Below, piece after piece: positions 5,887-13,282 of a stretch of 13,282 nucleotides of DNA. Source of the stretch: Thermofilaceae archaeon (GTDB taxonomy: Archaea; Thermoproteota; Thermoprotei; Thermofilales; Thermofilaceae); assembly GCA_038727095.1 (NCBI GenBank), contig JAVYWK010000041.1:1-13282 (forward strand), written 5' to 3'. Below the pieces are notes generated by a model. That model was given only the letters and a program-made list of their open reading frames with translations, made no database searches and was not told where the DNA came from. The position numbers and the translations under genes were made by a program. Within the stretch, counting starts at the first letter, position 1, and every line of letters starts with the position of its first letter.

Positions 5887-6531
5887 GTGCTGAGCAATAA
5901 GCGTTATCGTCGCACCTACGGCGAACCCCCCTACATGGCTCCAGGCTGCTATCATCAGTGGCAGCCTTAGGCTCACCACCCCTATTGCCACTTGGTATAC
6001 GAACCAGATGAAAACAAAGTAGCGAGCCGGCACCTTCAACATAATTATGTAGTAAAAGGGGACCAGCGTCAGTATCCTGGCATGCGGATAGAGGAGAATG
6101 TAAGCGCCCACAATGCCGGAGATAGCTCCCGAAGCCCCTATCAGCGGAACCGCTAGTTGAGTTACGAGAGCCTGAGGCGGAAGAAGGAACAGCGAAACGG
6201 TGTGCAGTAGGGAGCCCGCGATGCCGCTGAATAGGTACAGGACGAAGAATTGCAGTGTACCGAACCTGTCCTCCACGCTCCTTCCGAAGATGAACAGGAA
6301 TAACATGTTGCCGATAAGATGCGCAGGATCCCCGTGGAGGAAGAGGGAGGTTAGGAGCGTCTCGAGCCTCGACACTTCAAGAAGGTAGATCGGCTTGAAG
6401 CCGTTCTCCAAGATCACTCGTTCGAAGCCAGCCGCGAGCGAGTACGCGAACGCTACCACGTTGGATGCTATCAGTAGCGGTGTAACGATTGATCGGCTCC
6501 TCCGCCGCACGTCGTCTCCAATCGGTAGCAC
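5848..6531 (-). CDS. Rhomboid family intramembrane serine protease
   Basis: SLFLHG..HLIGNMLFL, GASG (catalytic Ser) and AWSHVGGF (catalytic His). The likely start is GTG 6531 (MLPIGD, typical N-terminus); the upstream extension to 6738 overlaps the opposite gene. Confidence 0.92.
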   Translation of the reverse strand: MLPIGDDVRRRSRSIVTPLLIASNVVAFAYSLAAGFERVILENGFKPIYLLEVSRLETLLTSLFLHGDPAHLIGNMLFLFIFGRSVEDRFGTLQFFVLYLFSGIAGSLLHTVSLFLLPPQALVTQLAVPLIGASGAISGIVGAYILLYPHARILTLVPFYYIIMLKVPARYFVFIWFVYQVAIGVVSLRLPLMIAAWSHVGGFAVGATITLIAQHLGQHHVSLSSRS

Positions 6532-6546
6532 GGGTGGAAGGTGCGA

Positions 6547-6562
6547 CAAGAATATTATACTG
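6547..6562. promoter_or_regulatory. Candidate bidirectional TATA element shared by the rhomboid and cmk-like genes
   Basis: AATATTATA (6551-6559) sits centrally in a 49-bp gap, ~22-30 bp from both GTG 6531 (-) and ATG 6581 (+). Confidence 0.55.
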
Positions 6563-6580
6563 TTGCTAGCATCAACCCCC

Positions 6581-7141
6581 ATGGACAAGCCGACGGTTCT
6601 AATCGCCGGGCTTCTGGGCTCTGGTTGTACCGCTTCGGCCTTAGAGCTAGCGAAGCTAACGAGCTTAACAATCGTGAACAGTGAGAGTATAATTAGGGAA
6701 ATTGTTTCAGAGAAGAGGGTCCCATACACGCTTCTCATCGAGATGGCTAGGGATGGCGAAGTAGATCTAGAAGATCTTGTAAGGAGTATAGCGCTCGATT
6801 ACGTGAGAGAGGGTGGTGTCATTATCGAGGGTAGAACAGCCCTTATGCTTCTCGATCGTCCAGCACTGCTGAAGGTTTTCCTGTACGCTGACAAGAAAGT
6901 AAGGGTAGAAAGGGTTGCCAAGAGGAGGGGGCTCAGCTTAGAAGAGGCAGAAAGGGAGATTGAGGAGAGCGACGAGGATAGAAGAAGGCTCGTCGAGAAG
7001 CTTTTCAAGAGGAGTTTCATGGATCCTTCACTGTACGACTTAATATTGAACACGACAGAGCTGTCGTATGAGGACGTAGCGCGACTGCTCAACGACCTGA
7101 TTAGATGGAAGCATACAGTGGCGACTGTAGCTAAAAAGTAA
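6581..7141 (+). CDS. Cytidylate kinase-like protein (archaeal CMP kinase fold), atypical Walker A
   Basis: TVLIAGLLGSGCT P-loop; VIIEGR; LKVFLYA...RVERVAKR; DEDRRR; YDLILNT. The start is ATG 6581 rather than 6395. Confidence 0.85.
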   Translation: MDKPTVLIAGLLGSGCTASALELAKLTSLTIVNSESIIREIVSEKRVPYTLLIEMARDGEVDLEDLVRSIALDYVREGGVIIEGRTALMLLDRPALLKVFLYADKKVRVERVAKRRGLSLEEAEREIEESDEDRRRLVEKLFKRSFMDPSLYDLILNTTELSYEDVARLLNDLIRWKHTVATVAKK

Positions 7142-7220
7142 AATCCTTTATGTTTCAAATATTTTATATTTTATGTTTAGCTATGTAGAAATATTAGCTT
7201 TTAAGTTCTTTCTTTAAAAC
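7142..7220 (+). terminator. AT/T-rich tract: probable oligo-T terminator of the cmk-like gene and/or promoter for a downstream unit
   Basis: Runs such as TTTTATATTTTAT, TTTTTAAG and TCTTTCTTTAAAA immediately follow the stop codon at 7141. Confidence 0.35.
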
Positions 7221-7255
7221 TTCTAACACACTTCGAGTGTTGGTGTGGTTACCGC

Positions 7256-7581
7256 ATGAGAGTGTATCTTCTCCGCCATGACCGTACTCATGCCACGGTC
7301 CGCGCAGTACTTACTCTCAGTTTCCCGGATTATCGGGAAGGCTGGCCCATCCCTTGAGATCCGCGCCCGAGGTCAGAGTAGGGGTTAATGGGTTGCTTTT
7401 CCTGTTTTTCTCTACCCTTCGGTCTTGTTTACAGCTCTCGTTAGCTTTCATCGTAGGGTCAAACAGGTATGTTGGAACGGCAGGTAGGACACCGGTAAAA
7501 CTTATCCTTTCCTTTTTCCCATTTCCATGGCCGTTCGAGAGGACCGATAAGCGGCCCCAGACTATTAGTAGAGTAATTTAA
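7256..7581 (+). pseudogene. Possible decayed or frameshifted histidine phosphatase (phosphoglycerate mutase family) remnant
   Basis: ORF 7256-7357 reads MRVYLLRHDRT...REGWPIP* (RHG-like N-terminus). The -1 frame ORF 7354-7581 contains FFSTLRSCLQL (weakly SxLxRCxQT-like). SD-like GGTGTGG lies upstream. Confidence 0.3.
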
Positions 7582-7582
7582 G
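7574..7582 (+). promoter_or_regulatory. TATA-like element for the pyrK-pyrC-pyrD operon
   Basis: TAATTTAAG lies 22-30 bp upstream of ATG 7604, consistent with a leaderless transcript. Confidence 0.45.
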
Positions 7583-7603
7583 GGGACTCGTAATAGGCCT
7601 TTG

Positions 7604-8395
7604 ATGTACATCTACGCTACTGTACTGCGCGTTGATCGAGTTTGCGAGGACATTGTAAGCTATGATCTACAGCTTGAGAAAACTCTCGCCTCTAAGCCTG
7701 GGCAGTACATCATGCTGTGGTTACCTCGCGTAGGTGAGATACCGTTAAGCGTGATGCTTGATGAGGGCAAGAAGATACGGCTTCTCGTCGCCCGGAAAGG
7801 AAGGGTTACAACCTACATGCATAGCAACGTTAGACCGGGCTGTAGGCTCTTCCTGAGAGGGCCGCTGGGGCGGGGCTTCACGCTCGAAGTTGACAAAGCA
7901 TTAGTCGTTGGGGGCGGAGTTGGTGTTGCACCACTGGTGTATCTCTGCAAGACGCTGCGGGAGCGCGGGGCACGCGTCACAGCAGCCGTAGGCTTCAGGA
8001 GCTCGAAATGCACCCCGCTCATCAATTGCCTATCTAACTACGCGGTCGAACTCCACGTAGCGACGGAGGATGGAAGCTTGGGGGTCAGGGGTACAGCTGT
8101 GGATTTGGCGGCAGAATTGATCGGGAGGGGCGATTACGACATCGTTTATACCTGCGGGAATGAGCGCATGATGAAGCAAGTTGTTGAGCTTGCTCTGAGA
8201 AATGGCATGAGGGTTGAAGCGTCTCTTGAAAGGTTAATCAAATGCGGTATGGGAATCTGCGGTACGTGCGCGTTAGAGCCTCAGGGGCTCAGAGTCTGCT
8301 TTGAGGGCCCCGTTTTCGACGGCAATACTCTGGCGGAAGTTGAAGACTTTGGAAGGTGGTGGCGGAATGGCGCGGGAAGAAAGATCCCAATATAA
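7604..8395 (+). CDS. pyrK: Dihydroorotate dehydrogenase electron transfer subunit
   Basis: PGQYIMLW, EIPLSV, RGPLGRGF, VGGGVGVAP, TEDGS.G..G, YTCG...MM and the [2Fe-2S] motif CGMGICGTC...VCFEGPVF. TTG 7601 is an alternative start. Confidence 0.93.
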   Translation: MYIYATVLRVDRVCEDIVSYDLQLEKTLASKPGQYIMLWLPRVGEIPLSVMLDEGKKIRLLVARKGRVTTYMHSNVRPGCRLFLRGPLGRGFTLEVDKALVVGGGVGVAPLVYLCKTLRERGARVTAAVGFRSSKCTPLINCLSNYAVELHVATEDGSLGVRGTAVDLAAELIGRGDYDIVYTCGNERMMKQVVELALRNGMRVEASLERLIKCGMGICGTCALEPQGLRVCFEGPVFDGNTLAEVEDFGRWWRNGAGRKIPI

Positions 8396-9722
8396 CTTAG
8401 ATCTAGTTGTCGCTGGCAAACTGTACCTCGATGGAGGGCTTGTAGAGGCGGCCGTAGGAGTTGAGCGAGGTAAGATAGTGTGGGTTGGCAAGCCCTCTCT
8501 CGCCCCCCATGCTGAGATGCGCATCGATGCTGGCGAAGGGATTATCGTGCTCCCCGGAATGGTCGATATCCACGTCCACATGAGGGATCTCAACGAATCC
8601 GAGAAGGAGGACTGGTTCACTGGTACACTTTCTGCATTGGCAGGGGGGGTAACCTTTGTCGCTGATATGCCGAACAATAAGCCTCCTGCGCGCACAGTAG
8701 AGGTGCTTCATATGAAAGAGGCGGAAGCCTCTGGGAAGGCCGTCGCCGACTACGGCTTCTACGTTGGATTGCCGAGTACAAGCAGCGAGCTAGTCCGTGC
8801 TGCAGACTTCGGAGTTGTCGGTTTAAAGCTGTACCCTGAGGACCTTCTGAACGAAAGCCTAGTTCCAACCCTGCGGTATGCCGCCACCCTCGGCCTCGTA
8901 GTAGTCGCACACGCTGAAGACCCCATCCTTCTGCGAGCTGCCAGCACGTTGGAGAGGAAGGACTTCACCACTCACGGGAGAGTGAGGCCTCCCGCAGCTG
9001 AAGCTTCAGCCGTACGCAAACTGGCACACTTAGCTCGGCGGATCGGTTTCCGGCTCCACTTCACCCACGTTAGCTCGGTTGAGGGGTTGAAAGCTGCGTT
9101 AAAGGCCAAGCTAGGCTTAGGTGCCACAATTGACACAGCGGTGCACTACCTCTTCCTTAGCGGGGAGGTTACGAGAGAGCTTAGAGGATTAGCGAAAGTA
9201 AACCCACCGTTAAGGGGAGAAAGAGATGTTACCATGCTGCGGAAGGCTTTGAAGGCAGGGCTTCTCGACGCGGTGATCACTGACCATGCCCCCCACACTC
9301 TCGAAGAGAAGCTGGGTCAGGACTACGACGCCGTCTCACCCGGCTTTCCCGGTCTTGAGCTCTGCCTCCCGCTCCTCTTAACTCTAATCGCTGAGGGGGA
9401 GGCCCCGCTCCGTACCTTGGATTTGTACTCCAGCCATCCAGCGGATATACTGGGCGTACCAAAGGGTAAGATAGAAGTTGGAAAGGATGGGGACTTGGTA
9501 TTCGTAAACACTAAAGAAAAATGGGTGGTTAGGGGTTCTCACCTTAAGAGTAAGGCGAAGTACACACCTTTCGAAGGCTTCGAGGTACGTGGAAGGATCG
9601 AAAGAGTGTTTGTCAGAGGCACCTTAGCTTTCGATGGGGGTGAGCTTCTGGTCGAGAAGGGTTTCGGGAGGAGGTATCTCCCAGGCAGGAGGGGTGAGCA
9701 TCATGGGTTACGTGAACCTTAG
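8367..9722 (+). CDS. pyrC: Dihydroorotase (amidohydrolase, type I)
   Basis: PGMVDIHVHMRD, AGGVT..DMPN, HAED, HVSS, KVNPPLR, TDHAPH and KYTPFEG motifs; located between pyrK and pyrD. Start ATG 8367 follows GGAAGGTGG. Confidence 0.92.
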   Translation: MAREERSQYNLDLVVAGKLYLDGGLVEAAVGVERGKIVWVGKPSLAPHAEMRIDAGEGIIVLPGMVDIHVHMRDLNESEKEDWFTGTLSALAGGVTFVADMPNNKPPARTVEVLHMKEAEASGKAVADYGFYVGLPSTSSELVRAADFGVVGLKLYPEDLLNESLVPTLRYAATLGLVVVAHAEDPILLRAASTLERKDFTTHGRVRPPAAEASAVRKLAHLARRIGFRLHFTHVSSVEGLKAALKAKLGLGATIDTAVHYLFLSGEVTRELRGLAKVNPPLRGERDVTMLRKALKAGLLDAVITDHAPHTLEEKLGQDYDAVSPGFPGLELCLPLLLTLIAEGEAPLRTLDLYSSHPADILGVPKGKIEVGKDGDLVFVNTKEKWVVRGSHLKSKAKYTPFEGFEVRGRIERVFVRGTLAFDGGELLVEKGFGRRYLPGRRGEHHGLREP

Positions 9723-10611
9723 CGTAAAGGTAGCCGGTCTTCAGCTGAAAAACCCCATTATAGTAGCTTCAGGGGTTCTTGGGGTCAGCCTAGGGCTCAT
9801 GAGGAGAGCCGAGGAAGCAGGCGCGGCTGCGATTACGCTCAAAACTACGACGCTTGAGGCCAGGGAGGGCTACCCGAATCCCGTTTTATATGATCTAGGC
9901 TACGGCGTTGTAAACTCCATGGGCCTGCCTAACCCCGGAGCAGAGGAAATGGGTTTTCTCATAAAGGAGGCAAAAAGGGTAATCGAGGTACCGCTCATCG
10001 CAAGCATTGGAGCTTCATCGCCTAAAGAGGCGGAAAAGATCGCTGAGAATCTGTCTTCAGCTGACGCTTTTGAAGTGAATGCAAGCTGCCCCCACGTAAA
10101 GGGTTTAGGCGCCGAGCTGATGGCTGATCCGGAGGCCGTAGCGGCTATAACAAATGTTTTGAAAAATTTCAGGCTCCCCGTCTTTGTAAAGCTCTCAGCG
10201 CACGGTGATTGGCTTAAAGTAGCCAGTAAAGCCTTAGGTGCCGGGGCAGATGGTTTCGTGGCAATTAACACGCTCAAGGCGATGTTAATAGACGTGAGAG
10301 CAAAGTGCCCAGTGCTAGGCGGAGTTTACGGGGGGCTTTCGGGACTCGCCATTCACCCAGTGGCTGTTCGCGTCATTTACGAGCTTCACCGCGAATTCCC
10401 GGACGTGCCTCTTGTAGGCGTGGGTGGAGTTGAAACATGGCTTCAAGCTGTGGAACTGCTCCTCGCGGGGGCTTCTGCAGTGGGTGTTGCTACGGCACTG
10501 CGAAAAGGTTTTGTCGTGATTAGCGAGATTGTGGAGGGGATTCGTGACTACTTAGCTGGGGAGGGATTCACCAGCGTTGACGAGATTATCGGCCTTGCCC
10601 ACCGCTGTTAA
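9703..10611 (+). CDS. pyrD: Dihydroorotate dehydrogenase catalytic subunit (class 1B)
   Basis: KNPIIVASG, NSMGLPNPG, EVNASCPH (catalytic Cys), VFVKLS, INT, GGLSG.AIHP and GVGGV motifs; SD-like GGGGTGA before ATG 9703. Confidence 0.94.
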   Translation: MGYVNLSVKVAGLQLKNPIIVASGVLGVSLGLMRRAEEAGAAAITLKTTTLEAREGYPNPVLYDLGYGVVNSMGLPNPGAEEMGFLIKEAKRVIEVPLIASIGASSPKEAEKIAENLSSADAFEVNASCPHVKGLGAELMADPEAVAAITNVLKNFRLPVFVKLSAHGDWLKVASKALGAGADGFVAINTLKAMLIDVRAKCPVLGGVYGGLSGLAIHPVAVRVIYELHREFPDVPLVGVGGVETWLQAVELLLAGASAVGVATALRKGFVVISEIVEGIRDYLAGEGFTSVDEIIGLAHRC

Positions 10612-13264
10612 CCCCACTCGCACCGTTAGTCACTGCAACTGCGTTAACGAGCTTCATGAGCCTCTCACGGAACCGCTGCATCATGGCTCTCTTATCCTCC
10701 ATTAGAACCACGTCACTCAACCCTTCAAGTACGATGTTGTAAGCGAAGGGTGAAGGTACGCTTAGGGGCAGTAGCTCCACTACCTTTATCCTGTTCCTCT
10801 CCACATTGAAGAGAACTTCTTTTGCATGCTCGATGTCCATGTAGTCCTCTAGAATCTCCCGGTAGGCCTCCTTGAGGACGGGGAACTCTTCGCCTAGCTC
10901 CATTACGATTTTCAATAGCGTTTGAGCGCTAAGCTGCTGTCGCTCGACGCTGATCTCGTGTCCTTTATAGTTCCTCAGCACCATCAACGCGCGAGATGCC
11001 ACGTGTCTGAACCTCCTCCTCAAGAGCTCGGTATTCACCAAAGCCCTCTTCAGCAGCATAGCCAGCTGAGCGCTGCTGAGATCCTTTAGAGTGACGGGGG
11101 GTTCCACACCCGGGGGGTAAATAAGAGCGAAGCCGTTGTCATGCACGGCTACGCCAACGTTTACACCAGCTTTTAGTGCGGCTAGGTAAGCTAGAGCCCG
11201 GGAGAGAGCATCGTTTGTCCTGCGGCCGAAGAGGGTGTGGAAAACATGATACGTTCGCCCTCTTTCATCCACGTATCTTTCGACGAGGATTACCCTGTGA
11301 GAGGGGTACTCGCTAACCCCCAGTGCCTTGAGGAATTCGTACATCTCTACGAAGTACTCGTAGATTGCTTCTGCAGCGTTGCGATCCGTGTGGCAGCTTC
11401 TGATAATGTACGAGATTATCTCCTCCTTTGGCTTGCCAATCTCAAGCCACTTGAAGATCCTCCCCCTGAACTCCCCTATCTTCAGCGCTAGGTCGTAGCT
11501 GAGGGGCAGCATTTCTGAGAACCAGCTCGGGATGGTTGGTTTAAGGTCGAAGGCCGGCTTCACTTTAGCCTTACTACCGCGAGATTCAACGAATTCGTAG
11601 ACTTTACCTCCAAGTATGAAGCGGTCCCCAGGAATCAGCCTTTCTAGGAACTCCTCCTCAATGTTGCCAACATACTTGCCGCTAACCGTGTAAACCTTGA
11701 CATCGACTTCGTCCGGTATTGTTCCCACATTCAGCGTGTAGATCACGCGCGCGTACTTACCTCTTCTCCCGAAAACCCCCTCCCCCTCATCGAGCCATAT
11801 CTTCCCGTAAACTTTGTGGGTTTCCAGTGCCTCGAATTTGCCTGAAAGGTACCTGAGGACGTTCAAGAAATCGCTGAGGGGTAAATCACGGTAACAGTAG
11901 CTACGCCTAACGAGATTGTACGCTTCAGCAATACTCCACTTACGCTCGATAGCCATGCCCATCAGGTGCTGCGCCAATACGTCCAGCGCGTTGCGGGGGA
12001 TTCTGACCTTATCGAGGTGGCTCCTGTAAGCCTCCTTCACCATCACCGCTACTTCAACAAGGTCGTCGCGGTCAACGCAAACAAGCCTCCCCCTGATTGT
12101 ATCGTGAAGCCTGTGCCCGCTCCTACCAATCCTTTGTAGGCATCGGGTTACAGATTTAGGCGATCCCACCTGCAGGACTACATCGATATAACCGATATCG
12201 ATCCCAAGCTCGAGGGAAGTCGAGCTTACAACAGCTTTAAGCTGCCCCGCTTTCAGCTTCTCTTCCACCTCGTGCCTGATGTTCCTGGAAAGCGAGCCGT
12301 GGTGCGCCATGATCTGTGACTCGTCAAGCCCGCCTTTCTCCTTCCCAATCAGCTTCAAGTGGAAGACCACCCTCTCCGTCCCGCTACGCGTATTCGTGAA
12401 GATTAGCGACGTCCTGTACCGCATTACAAGATCGTAAAGGGTTTCGTAGAGTTTCCCCTGCAGCACCCCTGATGGAGTGTGAATAAGGTCAGAGACGGGT
12501 GCGATCACTTTGATATCCTTCCTCTTAACGTAGCGCGCGTCCACTATCACGCAGTCCCTAGGCTTGCTATTATCAAACCCCACAAGGAATTGGGCAACTT
12601 CCTCGAGGGGGTTTATCGTAGCGGAAAGCCCGATGCGCACAAAGGGGCGGCCCACGAGCTCCTGAAGCCTCTCCAGGCTTAGACTGAGGTGCACTCCGCG
12701 CTTGCTCTCAGCCAAGCTGTGGATCTCGTCGACTATAACCCACCTAACGCTCCGGAGTAGTTCTCTGAACTTCGGTGCGACGAGGACGATCGATAGCGTC
12801 TCAGGAGTAGTAATTAGTATGTGGGGCGGCTTCCTCAGCATCTTCTGCCTATCGTTGGCTTTAGTATCGCCAGTCCTAACCGCATGCCTTATCTCTGGCA
12901 GCTCGATTCCCCTCTCTGCTGAAAGCTTCCTTATCTCCTCTAGCGGCTCCTCCAGATTCCTGTAAATATCATTGTTCAGGGCTCTCAGCGGAGAGACGTA
13001 TACGGCGTGGATGCCGTTCTCGAGCCTGCCCTCGAAACCCGCCTTGATCAGCTCGCTAAGTACAACCAGGAAAGCGGTAAGAGTCTTTCCCGTACCCGTG
13101 GGGCTGGAGATGAGGACGTTCTTTCCCTCATAAATCGGGACGATGCCCAGCTTCTGCGGAGGCGTCAAATCCTCGTACTTTGTGTTAAACCACTCAGCCA
13201 CGAGCGGGTGCAGAAGCTGTAGGACCTCCTCCTTGCTGTACTCCCGTGTAGCGTACTCAATCAT
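10586..13264 (-). CDS. lhr: Lhr-like ATP-dependent SF2 helicase (archaeal Lhr)
   Basis: SPTGTGKT, YVSPLRALNNDI, ILITTPE, DEIH, GLSAT, HHGSLS, SLELGIDIG, QRIGRSGHR and the Lhr-specific LDVLAQH and GTIPDE motifs; 892 aa. Confidence 0.95.
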   Translation of the reverse strand: MIEYATREYSKEEVLQLLHPLVAEWFNTKYEDLTPPQKLGIVPIYEGKNVLISSPTGTGKTLTAFLVVLSELIKAGFEGRLENGIHAVYVSPLRALNNDIYRNLEEPLEEIRKLSAERGIELPEIRHAVRTGDTKANDRQKMLRKPPHILITTPETLSIVLVAPKFRELLRSVRWVIVDEIHSLAESKRGVHLSLSLERLQELVGRPFVRIGLSATINPLEEVAQFLVGFDNSKPRDCVIVDARYVKRKDIKVIAPVSDLIHTPSGVLQGKLYETLYDLVMRYRTSLIFTNTRSGTERVVFHLKLIGKEKGGLDESQIMAHHGSLSRNIRHEVEEKLKAGQLKAVVSSTSLELGIDIGYIDVVLQVGSPKSVTRCLQRIGRSGHRLHDTIRGRLVCVDRDDLVEVAVMVKEAYRSHLDKVRIPRNALDVLAQHLMGMAIERKWSIAEAYNLVRRSYCYRDLPLSDFLNVLRYLSGKFEALETHKVYGKIWLDEGEGVFGRRGKYARVIYTLNVGTIPDEVDVKVYTVSGKYVGNIEEEFLERLIPGDRFILGGKVYEFVESRGSKAKVKPAFDLKPTIPSWFSEMLPLSYDLALKIGEFRGRIFKWLEIGKPKEEIISYIIRSCHTDRNAAEAIYEYFVEMYEFLKALGVSEYPSHRVILVERYVDERGRTYHVFHTLFGRRTNDALSRALAYLAALKAGVNVGVAVHDNGFALIYPPGVEPPVTLKDLSSAQLAMLLKRALVNTELLRRRFRHVASRALMVLRNYKGHEISVERQQLSAQTLLKIVMELGEEFPVLKEAYREILEDYMDIEHAKEVLFNVERNRIKVVELLPLSVPSPFAYNIVLEGLSDVVLMEDKRAMMQRFRERLMKLVNAVAVTNGASGVNSGGQGR

Positions 13265-13282
13265 ACCTCACTGCCCACGTGA

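Noticed and set aside
6395-6738. Apparent 344-bp head-to-head overlap of the rhomboid and cmk-like ORFs
   Set aside because: An artefact of longest-ORF calling; family-typical N-termini start at 6531(-) and 6581(+).
7142-7220. AT-rich tract as a replication origin unwinding element
   Set aside because: No recognisable ORB repeats and no adjacent orc1/cdc6 gene; a terminator or promoter is the simpler explanation.
7240-7400. RNase P RNA, SRP RNA, tRNA or TPP riboswitch
   Set aside because: Conserved cores (RNase P CR-I/CR-V, SRP helix 8, T-loop, TPP CUGAGA plus AACCUGA) were not found in the correct arrangement on either strand.
7813-13222. Antisense or alternate-frame ORFs inside pyrK, pyrC, pyrD and lhr (likewise those inside yjbQ, the kinase, ridA and DedA)
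   Set aside because: Shadow ORFs of well-supported genes, with no motifs of their own.

Overview
Archaeal chromosomal window, inferred to be from a hyperthermophilic Thermoproteota (Thermofilaceae-like) genome because of TATA-type promoters, apparently leaderless genes and the gene repertoire. The first ~2.1 kb is visibly GC-richer and hairpin-dense. It holds a stand-alone, divergent TnpB-family (IS200/IS605, IS1341-like) gene with an atypical D-D-D RuvC triad. A ~165-nt G.U-rich rod-like structure covers its start codon, a ~320-nt multi-hairpin omegaRNA-like region overlaps its 3' end, and TAM-like CGCTTAAC repeats lie upstream, one of which matches the right-flank (putative guide) sequence over 9 nt. 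The rest is compact housekeeping DNA: yjbQ, a PfkB kinase, ridA, a DedA/VTT membrane protein, a small 4-Cys protein coupled to a PPP Ser/Thr phosphatase, a rhomboid protease divergent from a cytidylate-kinase-like gene lacking the Walker A Lys, a possible decayed histidine phosphatase, the pyrK-pyrC-pyrD operon and an Lhr helicase. All calls come from motif recognition and manual base-pair inspection; no searches were run.
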